Below, piece by piece: positions 61,845-64,000 of a stretch of DNA of 64,000 nucleotides; position 1 is the stretch's first letter, and each line of letters opens with the position of its first letter. Both the position numbers and the translations under genes were made by a program. Under the pieces are notes generated by a model that saw only the letters and a program-made list of their open reading frames with translations, was not told the DNA's origin and did no database searches. This DNA comes from SAR86 cluster bacterium (GTDB lineage: Bacteria; Pseudomonadota; Gammaproteobacteria; Magnimaribacterales; AG-339-G14), in NCBI GenBank assembly GCA_023703675.1, contig CP097974.1:917288-981287 (forward strand). Direction: 5' to 3'.

Positions 61845-63509
61845 TTAATCGGTAATTGCTCCTAAAGACGCTGAACTTACAACTTTCGCGTATTTAGACA
61901 AAACCCCTTTCTTATTATAGGGCTTGGGATTACGCCAAGATTTCCTTCTTTTTTGAATTTCTTCTTGAGAAAGATTGGCGTCGATTTTTCCTTCAATTGC
62001 GTCTATGGTTATCTGATCTCCGTCTTCTAAAAGTCCAATTAATCCTCCTTCGGCTGCTTCAGGTGTTATGTGCCCCACAACAAAGCCGTGAGATCCACCA
62101 GAAAATCTTCCATCTGTTATAAAAGCAACTTTATCACCCATTCCTTTGCCCATAATTGCCGACGTCGGCTTAAGCATCTCCCGCATGCCCGGACCCCCAA
62201 CAGGACCTTCATATCTAACAACTATTACATCGCCAGGATTTATTTTTGAATTGTATATTGCTTCTAGGGTTTCTTCTTCTGAATTAAACACCCTCGCAGT
62301 TCCAGTAAAGCTTGTTCCTTCTTTACCAGTAATTTTTGCTACTGCGCCATCTTCAGCCAAGTTGCCTTTTAAAATTCTTAAATGACTATCTTTTTTGATT
62401 GGAGAAGAAATAGACGAAATAATTTTTTGGGATTTCGGATAAGGTTTTACATTATCCAAATTTTCTTCTAAGGTTTTACCTGTAACAGTCATACATTCTC
62501 CATTAAGAAGTCCTTCTTCTAAAAGCATTTTCATTAAAGGCTGAACTCCCCCGATTTCGTTTAATTCGGACATTAAATAATGTCCCGAAGGCCTTAAATC
62601 AGCTAGAACGGGACTATCTTTTCCAAGTTTTTCAAAGTCATCTATAGCTAGAGGAACATTAACAGTATGTGCCATTGCTAATAAGTGCAGCACTGCATTA
62701 GTCGAACCACCCAGTGCAATTATGACTCTTATTGAATTTTCAAAAGCAGCTTTTGTCATTATGTCTGAAGGTTTAATATCCTTCTCCAATAAATAATTCA
62801 TTGCAGTTCCGATTTTTTTACAATCAATTTTTTTTGCTTCGGAAACCGCATCTTGTGAACTACTTCCAGGCAAGCTCATGCCTAACGCCTCAATTGCAGA
62901 CGCCATAGTATTAGCAGTGTACATTCCGCCGCAAGATCCAGGACCGGGAAGAGCTGTTTTCTCAATAGCAATTAACTCGTCCTCTGAGATCTTCTTACTC
63001 GTATAGCTTCCAACTCCTTCCATTACAGTTATCAAATCTGTGTGATTAGCACCTGGTCTAATGGAGCCGCCATAAACAAAAATTGAAGGTCTGTTTAGTC
63101 TCCCGAGACCCATCAAACAACCTGGCATATTTTTATCACAACCACCAATTGCAACAACTCCATCAAAAGATTGACAGCCGACGACAGTTTCAATCGAATC
63201 GGCGATGACTTCTCTTGAAACTAAAGAGTACCTCATTCCAAGAGTCCCCATGGAAATTCCGTCGGAAATAGTTATTGTATTGAAAAGAACTGATTTGAGA
63301 TCCTCTTTGTCAATTGAGTTGCAAACCAAAGTTGCCAAGTCGTTAATGTGCATATTGCAAGGAGTTACCATAGACCAAGTAGAAGCCACTCCTACTTGAG
63401 GACGATTAAAATCTTCATCTGAAAATCCTGCAGCTCTCAACATTGATCTTGATGGAGCTTGTTCAGGCCCATCCACAAGCGGAGAAGAAAATTTTCTTTT
63501 TTTACTCAT
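61845..63509 (-). CDS. ilvD: dihydroxy-acid dehydratase
   Basis: 554 aa. SRSMLRAAGF, CDKNMPG and TDGRFSGGSHGFVVGHITPEA motifs. Confidence 0.95.
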   Translation of the reverse strand: MSKKRKFSSPLVDGPEQAPSRSMLRAAGFSDEDFNRPQVGVASTWSMVTPCNMHINDLATLVCNSIDKEDLKSVLFNTITISDGISMGTLGMRYSLVSREVIADSIETVVGCQSFDGVVAIGGCDKNMPGCLMGLGRLNRPSIFVYGGSIRPGANHTDLITVMEGVGSYTSKKISEDELIAIEKTALPGPGSCGGMYTANTMASAIEALGMSLPGSSSQDAVSEAKKIDCKKIGTAMNYLLEKDIKPSDIMTKAAFENSIRVIIALGGSTNAVLHLLAMAHTVNVPLAIDDFEKLGKDSPVLADLRPSGHYLMSELNEIGGVQPLMKMLLEEGLLNGECMTVTGKTLEENLDNVKPYPKSQKIISSISSPIKKDSHLRILKGNLAEDGAVAKITGKEGTSFTGTARVFNSEEETLEAIYNSKINPGDVIVVRYEGPVGGPGMREMLKPTSAIMGKGMGDKVAFITDGRFSGGSHGFVVGHITPEAAEGGLIGLLEDGDQITIDAIEGKIDANLSQEEIQKRRKSWRNPKPYNKKGVLSKYAKVVSSASLGAITD

Positions 63510-63577
63510 CTTTTTTTTTAGTTTTATAATTTTATTTTATCTTCTTAATGAAGTTTGTTTAATTAAAATTTAAATTA

Positions 63578-63988
63578 ATGAATTTATTAAAACACTTAAT
63601 AATTTTCACTATGACTTTTTCTCTAGCATTAAGTTCGGATGACTTTTTTGGCAACAGCTATCCGTCTTCAAAGCAGGCAATAGATTTCAGTGTTTCAAAA
63701 AAAGGGAATAATTATTTTATAAACTTTATTCTACTTGAAGACGTCTATGTCTATAAGAATAAACTTAAAATTTTAAAAGATGGTAAGGAGATCACGTTTA
63801 AAATTATTGGGGAAATAATAATCCAAAAGGATAAATTTTTTGGGGAACAAGAAATATTGAACGAAAATTTTGTTATTAGCTTTAAATCTTTTGACTATGT
63901 TTCTAATGAACAAATTCAACTAGAATATCAAGGTTGTTATGCTAACAAGATTTGTTTTAATAAGGAAACAAAGAAACTCTCGATCTAA
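63578..63988 (+). CDS. periplasmic DsbD N-terminal-domain-like protein (stand-alone within this window)
   Basis: 136 aa. Signal peptide and YVYKNKL..., ending ...LEYQGCYANKICFNKETKKL, which resembles the DsbD-alpha YQGCA-x-x-G-x-CYPP motif. TAA at 63986-63988. The window ends 12 nt later. Confidence 0.45.
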   Translation: MNLLKHLIIFTMTFSLALSSDDFFGNSYPSSKQAIDFSVSKKGNNYFINFILLEDVYVYKNKLKILKDGKEITFKIIGEIIIQKDKFFGEQEILNENFVISFKSFDYVSNEQIQLEYQGCYANKICFNKETKKLSI

Positions 63989-64000
63989 TTTCTTCTAATT

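Overview
This is a visibly AT-rich, very gene-dense chromosomal window with Gammaproteobacteria-type synteny (ssb/uvrA divergent, rnr-rlmB, secA-argJ, coaE-yacG, rluD/bamD divergent, trxA-rho). It looks like a streamlined, probably marine, genome. About 29 kb (3529-32600, minus strand) is one co-directional block: tRNA-Tyr, tRNA-Thr, tuf, tRNA-Trp, secE-nusG, rplKAJL, rpoBC, rpsLG-fusA, and the fused S10/spc/alpha ribosomal-protein operons. The right half holds housekeeping genes (birA, rraA, rnr, rlmB, lpxC, secA, argJ, coaE, ilvIHC, ilvD, rho, trxA, rsmD, rluD, bamD). It also has two small accessory-like patches: 33.5-35.6 kb, and a lipid-modification and phosphatase block at 44.5-52.3 kb bracketed by tRNA-Ala(UGC) and tRNA-Ile(GAU). 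I found six tRNAs. I also found two short genes absent from the ORF track (rpmJ and a GTG-initiated yacG) and several ORF-track starts that need trimming or use GTG/TTG. I saw no rRNA, CRISPR array, transposase, integrase, phage gene or recognisable defence system, and no convincing wholly new multi-gene system. The best leads are below.
- A four-gene operon (FAD-oxidoreductase, DUF1365, two CMAS-type methyltransferases) that may make furan-type or other modified fatty acids.
- Orphaned ITS-type tRNAs (Ile-GAU and Ala-UGC) kept in ITS order but 7.9 kb apart.
- The tuf stop codon overlapping the 5' end of tRNA-Trp.
- Loss of several classical r-protein regulatory leaders, together with an N-terminally short L1.
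- Domain-minimised RNase R, BirA and SecA.
All functional calls rest on reading the translated ORFs, motif recall and synteny. No database search was run.
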